Assembly (NCBI GenBank): GCA_002633005.1
Contig: NMRA01001041.1
Location: forward strand, 1 to 64,000
Direction: 5' to 3'
Length of the DNA: 64,000 bases
Source: Phoronis australis
Lineage: Eukaryota; Animalia; Phoronida
Below, one piece after another: positions 53,030 through 63,944 of the stretch. The notes beneath the pieces were generated by a model, which was given only the letters and a program-made list of their open reading frames with translations, made no database searches and was not told the DNA's origin. The position numbers and the translations under genes are program-made. Positions within the stretch are counted from its first letter, which is position 1, and each line of letters starts with the position of its first letter.

Positions 53030-54110
53030 AAAATAAGCAAAAACCAGAAACCTAGTCTTGTTCAGAGTATTTCGTTATTTATTTAAAAACCTGTGAGGTT
53101 ATGTAAATTAATCGTTTTTCCCAAGTAAGATAAATGTTTTCACAATCTTAAGTTGCACACCAAGTGATAAAAAATGATATGCATTTTTAATTGAACAAAA
53201 TCAAATTGGACTATAAAACTTCAACAAATTTTAAATCAATTTCATTCCTCAGGACTTGGAATGACCAATGACAAAAAACGCGGAAACATTTACGGCCCAA
53301 AATATGCGCGCTACCCAGTCTTGAAAGAGTTGACTGTGAACCTTTCGCCGACAAAAATCGGGAGGACTAAAAAAAACATTACCACCATCAGTAGCATGTG
53401 TCTGCGTCTTTTTTTTAGCTTGTCCGTCCACCCCCACACATTTTTGGCTGCAGAGCCGTAGTATTTGTCAACGTGGTTTACAATCACATGAGACACCATT
53501 GAAAATCCCACCACGCTATCCCACATGCCCCGGCAATGTTGACAATTTACGTTCCTCCGAAATATAAAGAGCAACTTCCACTTTTAGAGGTGAACGTCAT
53601 TGGCAACGCCGCGATAAGAAAGGAATTTGCCGCGGAAATTTTATATCAAATCCGATTTTTTTACGCGGGAATATAATAAAATGCGAGGACAGAACATTTG
53701 AAAAAAGCGGAAATCTGCGTTTCCGCGGAAAATTACAAGCCTTGATTCCTATCAAACAATATAGAAACTGAGGTGTTGTGTTGGTGACTATCCAAAGAGC
53801 GAATTTGTATTCTAAAATGATTTGATGCACTGCAGCGTTAACTGAACATTTATTTTGATGAAATATGTAATTTTCTAAAAATGAAACTGATCACAGCGCC
53901 CCACGAGGTAATAAAAGTGTAACAAAAAATATTCTTGAAGAAAATAGAAAAAAATGACTATCCCCAAAATTGAAGTAAATTGAATTTTAAAAATATTTTA
54001 CGTTATTTTAATGAAAATATTTCACCAGGTTTGGGCCACTTTTTGTAATTCAGAGAAGTTTTGACTGGTTCTGTTGAATACATTTAACCAATCATGTTCG
54101 AGTTTAGTTT
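53030..54110 (+). repeat. Dispersed repeat, inverted homolog of about 61520-62110
   Basis: Shared blocks such as CTAGTCTT..CAGAGTATTTCG, CCTGTGAGGTTATGTAAATTAATC and CAGCGCCCCACGAGGTA. Confidence 0.8.
53250..53744. mobile_element. hAT-like MITE with 6-bp TSD (hAT6-type)
   Basis: TIR CAGGACTTGGAAT / ATTACAAGCCTTG; TSD ATTCCT; empty site in the inverted homolog near 61890-61905; CGCGGAA subterminal repeats. Confidence 0.75.
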
Positions 54111-55266
54111 TTAGTTGATGTAAGCGTTCTGAAGATGCAGCGAGACGTCTTATGAGCATGCGCATTAGACCAAGCACTTGAAGTTATTTGTGCTCTTCGC
54201 TTTACCGTGAATGTTGGCGATTGAAGTAGGAAAATCTTGAGGTATGTATTGTTTTTATTGGTTTCGATGTTAACAAATGGAAGCAATGAACGTGTTGCTG
54301 TAGCAGATAAAATGTTTAAGTCAAATTACTTTCAGATTTGACATGTTTGGGCTATTCGCGAAGTGCCCGGCGGACAGCCATATTGAATGTCAGTTGTGTC
54401 CATCTCTTTATTTAGTGTAAACTATACTACAGTATAGTTGAGGGTAGGCAATGACGATCGCCTCTGTTGGCCCAAACCAGAGGCGATGCAGCTCCTATAG
54501 GCGCTCTGTACGCCGGAAGCTTTTCGGCGAATTATGCCTCGCACCGACTAAACCATCAAAGTCACATTGTTATAAATACCTTTTGTGCATAGAGGAACAC
54601 CTTAGGAGGTTGTTGATGTGTTTAATTCATTCCAACTCGAACAAATACTCCCGTTATCAAACTTTTTCTTCGAGCAGTCCCTATTTCTGTTCCCAAAATC
54701 GTGAACTCAACATTTTTATACTGCGCACGCTCCAATTTTTACCGCGCTCGCTAGGTGATGTGACTTCATGACCTACCTAAATCTTTAAATAGGCTATAGG
54801 TGAGCCATTGCGGTCTTGTCAGTCAAATGTTCGTTTCCAAAATGCCACCACTTATACTTGTCTTTAATTGGCGTTACTTGAAACTGATTGTATTTCAATG
54901 AATTATTGTTTGTATTTGATAAAAATAAATGCTGTTGATATGACATTTAATAGTCTTTGAGCACATATTTGACATTTTAATGTTTAACAACACGGCAAAT
55001 GCACGGCTGGTTCCCGGCAGCACTTACGCAAAGGGCTGGAACTTCAGCTTTCAAAGTTCGCCGGTAGGACCGCAACTTCTGACCTTCGGCCTGGTTAAAA
55101 AAATCCTTTGGCATGCGCCGAGTGAAAATGTTGAGTTCACGATTTTGGGAACTGAAATAGGGACTGCTCGAACAAAAAGTTTGATAACAGGAGTATTTGT
55201 TCGAGTTGGAATGAATTAAACACATCGACAACCTCCTAAGGTGTTCCTCTATGCGCAAAAGGTATT

Positions 55267-57361
55267 CAGGGCTCGACGCTATTAAAATCGCCTGGTCGCA
55301 TTTTGCCACCTAGCCAAAATCCCAGGTCGCATTTTCAAAATCCAACTTGCATTTGTAAATGCCAAGTCGCAAAATTTTCCCGCCATTTTTACGCGCCAAA
55401 ATAGATTTTTTAGATCGAGAAAATGTTTAGATTATGCTCTTAACTGCAGCGTTAAATACTCACAAATTTCGGATCTCAAAATTGACTTCATTCAAGCAGG
55501 TACGGCCTTACTGTTCTTCACGACCGCAATTGAAAGACTCTAGAGCACAAGGCAAGTTGCCGACGTGAAAGTTGAATCAGTGCTTTCTAACTGACTTGTG
55601 CATTCGAGTAGCTAAATTTGCGATGTGAAAAGGGAGAAAATGCCCATTGAAAAAGTATCCGGGAATTTGTTAGATCTGGCCTGCTACTGGGTGTCATCAA
55701 AGTCGTTAACGATTCAAACTAACTCGGGTAATGGCGAGTTTGCTCCTCAATACCTTCCAAGTACGGGAAAGTCAGTCACAAAACGACACGCATGTCACTA
55801 GTGTTAACTTTCTTTCCGAGGTATAAAACAAAGCCGGGATTTGGTTTTTACATATTGTGAAAAGATGTTTTTGAAAACTGAAATTGTTTAAAATGAAAGT
55901 GACACGCCATATAAGCTGCGTGTCAATTTTAAACCACACGCGGTCGTTTGTAGTGCGCTAGCTTGAACTATTGGTGCTTAATTGCAAATTCTCAAAATTT
56001 GAGGGGGTACTTTTAATAAATGAGTGAGCGCTTATTATGAAACACTTTAAAGGTAGGGAGTAGGCATGTGCGTGAGCATAGCCGTTAACCTCAGTGTTTG
56101 CGGTAATAAGATATTAAGACGCTGTAATGGTAAGAAACATTATAATAGGATTTTGCCAGGCAAACTCCATCTAGTAGGGGTGATTTTCTGGATATTGCTA
56201 CCACCAACTGTACATTGTATCCGTTTTAGCCACCCGGAATGATTTTGGTTTTAACTGCCCCCTTCAGCCGGAACAAGGTTGTTTCTATAGGAGTCTGAAC
56301 ATTTTACGGCGACGGTGGTTCGGGGAGCGAAAAGTTGCCGGGTGTATAAAAAAGAAGAATGAAAAGTTCGCTAACTTGAACCACAATTTCGCATCTAGTG
56401 CCAGTTTAGTTGCAATAGCTCGCTACGGGCATAGAATACAGGGTTTACAAAACATCGACCTCGGGAAACGTCAGTTCTGGGTTATATCGGTCCCGGGACA
56501 TCGAGTCTTTTATAACCGCTGGGAATCTGAGTTCATTTTCAAATAAATCTGTCGCTGTTCTTTGAAGTGGTGTGAATCGCTGGAGTAGGTCTGCAGTTTA
56601 CGCTGGCAACAACGTGTGAAAGACAAATCATATTTCGCGTACGTAGCCCCAGAAACAAGTAAAGGGTTTGAGAATTTCTTGGCAACTGAAAGTAAAGACG
56701 TGACCGTCGTTTGGCGATTAATGTGGCTGTCATTTTCACTTTGGGTGTCTTAATACTATAAAAAGGAGAAGCACATCTCAGTCTAAGTCACGATTGTTTG
56801 CCGGGATCGCTTGCGCGCTAACGGTGCCGCAGTGCGATATCAGGGATATTGTCGTGGATATTTGGTACATGTATTAAGGACATCTTATGTGAAAAATAAA
56901 CATTTTTGTACACCACAAAGTTTGGTAAGTTGATCGCTTAAGAATTAGTAGAAACACTGTTGTTTTGTGAAGTTTTATCACGTGTTAAGCAGTGGCCCAA
57001 AACTTTCTTCGGGGAATCCGGGAATTTACAAAAGTGGCCGAAAGTGTTAGCCAATGAAACGCGTCAAAGATCGATTCTGCATATCCCATGTTCACGCGAC
57101 TTGCTTACAAGTCATCGGGAGGGTTGTTCTCGGTTAGTGTTCTTTTGAAATTGGATTTGGCAACAACCAAATAACGGTCGGATTAATAAGAGCTGCTTTG
57201 TATTTGCCTTGTATCTGTTGAGAAGTGTAAAAAGTCAGCTCGCATTCGTTGGAAATTCCAGGTCGCATTTTGCGGCTTGATAGGAGCTGACAAAAATCTC
57301 AGTTAGCATTTCCAAATTTCAGGTCGCAAATGCGACCTGCAGCTCGTTATGTCGAGCCCTG
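55267..57361. mobile_element. hAT-like element with 5-bp TSD (hAT5-type), nested in the foldback TIR
   Basis: 11-bp TIR CAGGGCTCGAC / GTCGAGCCCTG; TSD GTATT (empty site at about 873-880); GTCGCA subterminal repeats. Confidence 0.85.
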
Positions 57362-57401
57362 GTATTTATAACGTGACTTTGAGGGTTTAGTCGGTGCGAG
57401 G

Positions 57402-57553
57402 TGTAGTAATAGCCGAGATTTTCCGACCCGGGGATCGAACCAGCGGCCCCCATAAAACCGGCAAGCGTGCTAACCATTCAGCTAATAGGCAATTGCCCGT
57501 TAGCGAGTAGCTAACAGAGGCTCATATAATTCACCGGAAGCACATCTACAACA
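57402..57553 (-). mobile_element. 152-bp solo LTR containing a tRNA-like Pol III cassette (Helenus-type TRIM LTR)
   Basis: TG...CA ends (TGTAGTAA...TACAACA) and a 4-bp TSD GAGG, confirmed by the empty site in the 94-1002 copy. Minus strand has A-box TAGCTGAATGG and B-box GGTTCGATCCC. Confidence 0.75.
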
Positions 57554-57694
57554 GAGGCATAATTCGCCGAAAAGCTTTCGGCATACAGAGAGCCTATAGG
57601 AGCTGCATCGCCTCTGGTTCGGGCCAACAGAGGCGATGGTCATTGCCTAAGTTGAGGGCTGACCAAGTGCCTGTGCACTTGCACAGCCAAAGGA

Positions 57695-57764
57695 GTAAGG
57701 TGTCCTCTATATGCAAAAGGTATTTATAACAACGTGACTTTGATCTTTTATTCAGTGTGAGGCA
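57695..57764. mobile_element. Diverged fragment of the same foldback TIR, interrupted by the TatD-LTR element
   Basis: aaaggtatttataacaacgtgactttgat...gaggca matches 870-918. Confidence 0.75.
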
Positions 57765-57931
57765 TGTAGTAAATGTCAACGTCAGTCTCAGCTGTGGCGT
57801 CTCTATGTTGTGATGTCCTTTTATTAACAATGTTGGTCTTGCGACATCTAACGCCAGAAGAGCCAAGCCGAGGTCACACTCCTATCACGTGACGAGTCAA
57901 CCATCGAGACCACGTGACAAGATCGTCTGGG

Positions 57932-59102
57932 CAGGCCTTCATGCAGCGTACGTCCTGGGCGTCCATTTGGACGCCCTAGCACTAATGTAGACGCCCTGGC
58001 AAGGACGCCCAATGTATCATTTGGACGCCCTGTCAATCAGATTTTCTCCAGTTTGGACACCCACATTGAAAGATTACCAAGACTCCTAGTTAATCAAAGC
58101 AGGAAGATGGCCCTTTCAACTGGGAAAGAAATATACAAAGTATTTAAAATGTTGCAATATTCAAACTATTTGGTAGACCTGTCAATCATTAGCACGTGGT
58201 TGGTTGCCAGAGTGTCTGCTTTCAATAGACTCACATGCCATTGCCATTCTGTACTTNNNNNNNNNNNNNNNNNNNNNNNNNNNNNNNNNNNNNNNNNNNN
58301 NNNNNTATTCAAACTATTTGGTAGACCTGTCAATCATTAGCACGTGGTTGGTTGCCAGAGTGTCTGCTTTCAATAGACTCACATGCCACTGCCATTCTGT
58401 ACTTTATATAGGGACATGGACCTTGCTTAACTCCAAACTGGTGTTTCAGAGCTGTAATTTCATGTACTTCTTCTTTTTTTAAAAATACCAAAAGCAAAAT
58501 AAATGTCATTACTTTAATAATATGATGTGCCGCAAGAATATCCCCATTTAAAATGTTTGAGTTTTCGCCTGTTTCATGCTTTTCTATGTGCGTCTAAAAC
58601 GGAGCAGCAGTGACACCTGTTGTCAAAATATAAACCACACATCATCTGTGCATTTTTCTTTTGTTGGTAACTGCAGCTTTGATAACTCATTGTACAGAAT
58701 ATAAAGCTAGTGAAGTTGATATAATAAACTTTATAACAGAATTTGACTTGAGATGAGCAAAAACAGTGCACTCATCGTTCAACCAATATCTGTAATATCT
58801 GTAATACCCGTTTGGTAAGCTATTTGGCTGTTTTCGTAAATTTAAACATAAAAGTCTTGATCAATAGTTTTTTAGTACTTAAAAAAGCCCAATGCAAGGG
58901 AGCTGTTTTTGTAAACTTAGGTGTAAAAGCCTTGTTCAACGCATTTTTTAATTGTAAAAAAACTCACTGTGTGTGTTGGGGGGGGGCTACTGGTGAATGG
59001 GATGGGGAGGGGGGGGAATGCGGCGTTGGAATCATGGACGCCCTGGAATATTGGGAACCCCATTTTGGACACCCTATGTTCGAAATCCTAGATGAAACCC
59101 TG
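57932..59102. mobile_element. hAT-type non-autonomous element inserted in the 5' LTR
   Basis: TIRs CAGGCCTTCAT / ATGAAACCCTG; 8-bp TSD CGTCTGGG (57924-57931, 59103-59110); subterminal GGACGCCC repeats; spans an N-gap. Confidence 0.85.
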
Positions 59103-59258
59103 CGTCTGGGCCTTCTGGAGTTCGCTGCCGTCCTGTACGGACGTAATGTGAGTATTCTCCAGACTGTTCTCTTGCACCGTGTTAATAGGCGCGAGCCTGT
59201 TTGTCCTCTTTGGCCAACCGACTTCCTCAATTACAACATTTGGCGTAGTTGGCAAGTT

Positions 59259-59858
59259 GGATCAACGAATCCCGGTGTTCTGGAGCGTCTCCCCCAGCTA
59301 CTAAAGGAGCCCTTTGTAGCTGGCCTTGGTGAAGTCGGTCTGGAGGCCCAGGAGGACTTGGCCATCCAAAAAGAAGCTTTCGAGGAGATGGTGCGAATCT
59401 TTGCGGAGGTTCGGGCCAGCTCCCCCAGCTTCAAAAACAATGTCGTGGTGATCCACCTTCGTGGCTCCCCCGACAATCCACGCTTCTTGGAGGGACAAGA
59501 CTTCGTCTTCGATCTCCTGAAGCGCTACTGTGATGCAGACTTGGGTTTGCATCTCCATTGTTTTGGAGGTGCGCCCGAGGATGTACTCCGGTGGACGGGG
59601 TTCTTTAGAAACTGCCACTTCGGCTTCGCCGGTCACGTGCGGCAGTTTCTAAAGTTCCAAAACAAGGGGCTACAAGAGGTTCCAATGAATCGACTCCTCC
59701 TGGAGTCCGATTCACCGCACCTCGCCATTGGGCAAGCCCCAATAGCGCCCCAATACCTGGGGGAAGTAGCTATGGAGGTGGCGCAGCGTTCTCGTCGTCC
59801 GCTGCGTGACATCCTGGCTGCTTCCACCAGGAATGCCAGGCGGCTTTACCATCTCTAA
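59259..59858 (+). CDS. TatD-family metallo-nuclease domain, 5'-truncated (LTR-element cargo, possibly a pseudogene)
   Basis: About 200 open codons with TatD motifs GEVGL, VIHLR, HCFGG, LLLESDSP and TRNARRLY. The N-terminal DxHxH motif is absent. The segment is intronless and GC-richer than its flanks. Confidence 0.85.
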   Translation, partial: GSTNPGVLERLPQLLKEPFVAGLGEVGLEAQEDLAIQKEAFEEMVRIFAEVRASSPSFKNNVVVIHLRGSPDNPRFLEGQDFVFDLLKRYCDADLGLHLHCFGGAPEDVLRWTGFFRNCHFGFAGHVRQFLKFQNKGLQEVPMNRLLLESDSPHLAIGQAPIAPQYLGEVAMEVAQRSRRPLRDILAASTRNARRLYHL

Positions 59859-61510
59859 CAAATTGTTAGAGGTGGTTCAGCATCCTGGTGTGCTTGGGTC
59901 ATAACTTATGCCCCAGGTTTTCTCTTAGTCCCTTGGGTAATTGCCCGTTATTATAAACTCTGGGGCTGACTACGGTCTCTGGGTTTGTGCCTTACCCTTG
60001 GTCCTAGGAGAAGTGTAATGTCCGTTTTAAGTAGTATAAGTAGTATAAGTAGATAAGTAGCGTACTGGTCCATTATTTTTATATTTAGTAGTGTTTATGT
60101 GTTAAAACTATATAGTATATTTTTGTTATAAGTTTTCATACTATATATATAGTCTATTATATATTCAAGACTACACTTTCTATAGTATTGTGTATTAGTT
60201 GTTACTATATAGTTTATTTTTGTATATTTAGTTAAGTTTCCTATATAGTCTATGTATGTTATTAAAGACTATATCATTTTATATCTCTGTTCATCACTAC
60301 TGAAGTAATGAATACTCATTTTAGGGCCAGTATGCTTTTGTTGTTCAGTTTTTTAGTTTTTTTTAAAAAAAGATGTATATATTCTCTCGCCAGGTCATCA
60401 CCAACAATCAGAGTGTTGTCATAGCATAGTCCAGGAATTTTATGCTCCCTGGTACTGGTATTAGTGGAGCATATTTTCTTTTTTTTTCTTTTTTAGTCAT
60501 GTTCGACTACAATAGTGGATATATGCTATGTCTTATTAGTATTTGTTTTTTTTTTTGGTAGGGGGGAGAATAGTTAGATTAAATTTTAAACAGCAATTCG
60601 TACTTTACAAGGTCACCCCTCATCATGTTAGTTATAGGGTTTATAGTCTTGTCTTCACTGTTGTTTTAGGTCAAGGGTTTATGTTTAGGTGTTGGGAATG
60701 ACGTTCGCCATTTGCTATAAGGGCTCCACTCCTTTTCTTTAGGGAAGGGAGGAATGTAGTAAATGTCGACGTCAGTCTCGGCTGTGGCGTCTCTATGTTG
60801 TGATGTCCTTTTATTAACAATGTTGGTCTTGGCCTGGTGCGACATCTAACGCCAGAAGAGCCCAGCCGAGGTCACACCCCTATTACGTGACGAGTCAACC
60901 ATCGAGACCACGTGACAAGATCGCCTTGGCCTTCTGGAGTTCGCTGCCGTCCTGTACGGACGGAATTAGGGTGAGCAAACCAATATGGCGGAAATTCAGC
61001 AAGAGCGAAATTTTGCCATTTTTCATGATTTTCACAAGCTCATATCTATTAGCATACTAAGTGGTGGAAAATGAAAAGTATGCCAGTGAAATATTTAATT
61101 TTTCTTCTTTCTATTGATATCCATAACAAAAATTTGGACATTAATGAGTATTTTTAAAAATTGAAGTAAAGCGAGCACTTCACAAATTTTTCACTCACCG
61201 GCAAATTCTTGTGACTTTCAGTAGGGGTCAAACTTTCAGCTGTTAAATGGCCGTTACTGAACCGATTTTAATGATATTCATGTCAAACTGTTTGCTACAA
61301 AATTCTACTTTCAACCCTGAGTGTACACTTTTTATTTTTTTGACAAAAATATGAGAAAATGTACTTTTTTTAATTTACTGCCTCNNNNNNNNNNNNNNNN
61401 NNNNNNNNNNNNNNNNNNNNNNNNNNNNNNNNNNNNNNNNNNNNNNNNNNNNNNNNNNNNNNAACACTTCTAAAAAGGTAACTTCAGTCATTTTTCAAGA
61501 ACCATGTTGA

Positions 61511-62600
61511 CCTTTCCAGGGTTCAAACTAAACTCGAATCTGATTGGTCAAATGTAATCAACAGAACCAGTCAAAACTTCTCTAAATTACAAAAAGTGGC
61601 CCAAACCTGGTAAAATATTTTCGTTAAAATAATATAGAACAATTTTAAAATTTAGTTTACTTCAATTTTGGGGATGGAGTCATTTTTTTCTATTTTCTTC
61701 AAAAATATTTTTTGTTACACTTTTACTACCTCGTGGGGGCGCTGTGATCAGTTTCATTTTTAGAAAATTACATTTTTCACCAAAATAAATGTTCAATCAA
61801 CGCTGCAGTGCATCAAAACATTTCAGAATACAAATATGCTCTTTTTGGATAGTCACCAACACTACACCTCTCAGTTTTTATATTATTTGATAGGAATGAA
61901 ATTGATTTAAAATTCGATGAAATTTTAGGGTCCAATTTAATTTTGTTTAATTAAAAATGCATATTATCATTTTTTTCATTTTGTGTTCAACTTAAGATTG
62001 TGAAAACATTGATCTTACTTGGGAAAAAAGATTAATTTACATAACCTCACAGGTTTTAAAATAAATAGCGAAATACTCTGAAAAAGACTAGTTTTCTGTC
62101 GGTGAATTTTTCAATTTTTGTTGTTCTTGTTCGTGCAAAATATAATAATTTGTGGTTTGGTGTCTATGCCATGTTGNAAGCGTGTGAAACACCTTTATGT
62201 TACCAGAAATTCATAGATGTGTTTCAAAGCATAACGCTACACCAAAGTATGATAATCTATGGCATCTATGGCGGCAGTGTGCTTGTTTGTGCTCTTGGAC
62301 GACTTGGAGGAGGTTGACTGAGTATGAGACGAATAATGGTGATGAAGCAGAAGAGGATGACGGTGTTGAGGATCCACGTGTTCGAGGAACCACTCCATCC
62401 TGTAGCAATATATGGGCCAGTTGTACATCATACTGTAGAGACCTGCTCATTATTTTTTCAGTGAAAGCCAAACAATATATCAAACCCTGCAAATAGATTG
62501 AAACAATAAGACATATGGTTCGTTACAAAATACAAAAAATGTTCAATCTACGACGATCACTTCTTGAGGTACTCATTACAAACCCACAATACAGTTGGGT
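61511..62600 (-). mobile_element. piggyBac-like remnant (transposase C-terminus plus downstream subterminal region)
   Basis: LQYDVQLAHILL..RTRGSSTP..KQAHCRH.CHRLSYFGVALCF..CFT resembles the piggyBac Cys-rich tail; terminus-like TTGA|CCTTTCC at 61507-61517. Confidence 0.4.
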
Positions 62601-63944
62601 TGGTGTCGGGTGAATTTTATTCCAATAATTCTTGAACTGTATTGCTAATAATTTAATGAATTTGTTGTCGTCATCAATGAGATTTAGTTGTTATTGTGAC
62701 TGAATGACTGAGACTGTCAGAACCTTCCAACTTAGCAGGTAACTGTGAATTAGAACCAATCATTACTGACAGGACTATCCCTACCTCTTAGTGTTCTTCG
62801 AATGTTTGATCACATCGGTTCCCTGTGTAAGCCTTTTTTATGTTGAAAACCAATACTTATTCAACTGCAACTCTAATACAACATAAGTACAGAACATAAA
62901 CTAAAAACTTCACTAAAGTAGACACATTGGCACACATAGCAGTTAAACAAGATCAGTTAATAGGTTACTTAAAAGCAAAACGTATGAAAATGGAACTCGG
63001 GATGTCTATTTTCATTTTGTGGAGTCAAGAGTAGATTTGGTATTTGGACTATGAACTATTTTCAGAAAAAGTGAAATGCTTAGGTGTTGATATGGTGGTA
63101 GAGCATTTAGTTCTACAGACTTAAATTAGAGCAATCTTGGAGGATTTTGGAGTTATGGCAAAATGCGCACCCGAGGACATTAAAAAGTAATGGTTTTTCA
63201 TGAGTTTATTTTCAATTTTTTTTATTTATGTTCCAATTCAATGAGCTGTGTAAGGTGTCAAAGTGATGACTGAGAGTTAGTAGTGACATAGGAAAAGAAA
63301 TTAGGCAAAAATCTTGTACGGTTTTTGAGATATTACGTCATACATGCCGCAAACGTTAAAATTTTATAATTTTCGTAGGTTTTTCAATTTCAAATTCTAA
63401 TAAGTTTTTCAAATTTAATGTCCTGTTATAGGTGCTGACATGATGTCTGAGTGTTAGAACAACATGGTAAAAAAAGAATTAGGCAAAAATCTTTAACAGT
63501 TTTTGATATATAGCAAAATACATTCAATAAATCGTGAAAAGTTGCCGATTCTACAAGATTGTTCAATTTTGAGATTTTTTAAAATTTAAAATTACTTTTT
63601 TAATATGCATTTACAAATGCAGGAGCATTAATGTTTCAGTGACCTTTCTATGATGATGTTATGACATCCTGAAAGTTTCAGATCTCTATGTGTGTCCTTT
63701 TTTAAAATATAGGGTCTTGAAGTTGCACTCAGAATGAAAAACGCAGCATCACAAACCAGAAAAAAACTAAGTCGAGTTGTTTTTTTCCAATTTTGAACAC
63801 CTTAGTAATTATCACAGGTACAACTTCTCACAAATTTAGCTGATTAGTCTTAAAATACAAGACAGTAAGAACAAGTTAGCTAATTTTTAGCAGTTTATAA
63901 ACTATATTGTTAAAATAATTCAAGCTTAAACTCTTGGTTGACCA

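Larger units (their letters stand above)
54445..57649. mobile_element. Second copy of the foldback element, expanded by nested insertions
   Basis: Near-identical to 94-1002; perfect 9-bp TSD AGTTGAGGG (54436-54444, 57650-57658). Confidence 0.9.
57765..60966 (+). mobile_element. Non-autonomous LTR retroelement (Gypsy-like by inference) carrying a TatD-like ORF
   Basis: 5' LTR TGTAGTAA...TTACAACA = 57765-57931 + 59111-59238 (about 295 bp once a hAT insertion is removed). PBS TGGCGTAGTTGGCA at 59241 is complementary to the tRNA-Ser 3' end. PPT AGGGAAGGGAGGAA lies directly before the 3' LTR, which starts at 60755 and is truncated near 60966. No gag/pol. Confidence 0.85.

Noticed and set aside
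52100-54390. Candidates for ATP5MG exon 1 (near 52103, 52326, 52531, 54205, 54330)
   Set aside because: Each has the wrong phase, lacks an ATG, or does not resemble the subunit g N-terminus.
57420-57490. Functional tRNA gene
   Set aside because: A and B boxes are present, but the acceptor and anticodon stems are poor and it lies inside a TSD-flanked LTR.
58158-58405. About 100-bp direct duplication
   Set aside because: It straddles an N-gap and is most likely an unmerged contig overlap.
58812-59258. N-terminal about 150 aa of the 348-aa ORF as part of TatD
   Set aside because: It reads through the hAT insertion, the LTR and the PBS, so it is a chance open frame with no TatD motifs.
59259-59858. 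Bacterial contamination or a host TATDN gene
   Set aside because: It is embedded between a PBS and a PPT/LTR within eukaryotic repeats, and it is intronless and truncated.
57765-60965. DIRS/Ngaro split-direct-repeat element
   Set aside because: The apparent split is caused by the hAT insertion; PBS, PPT and TG...CA ends indicate an ordinary LTR structure.
53030-62110. One 9-kb element with about 570-bp TIRs
   Set aside because: There are no defined outer termini or TSD; two dispersed copies in opposite orientation explain it better.
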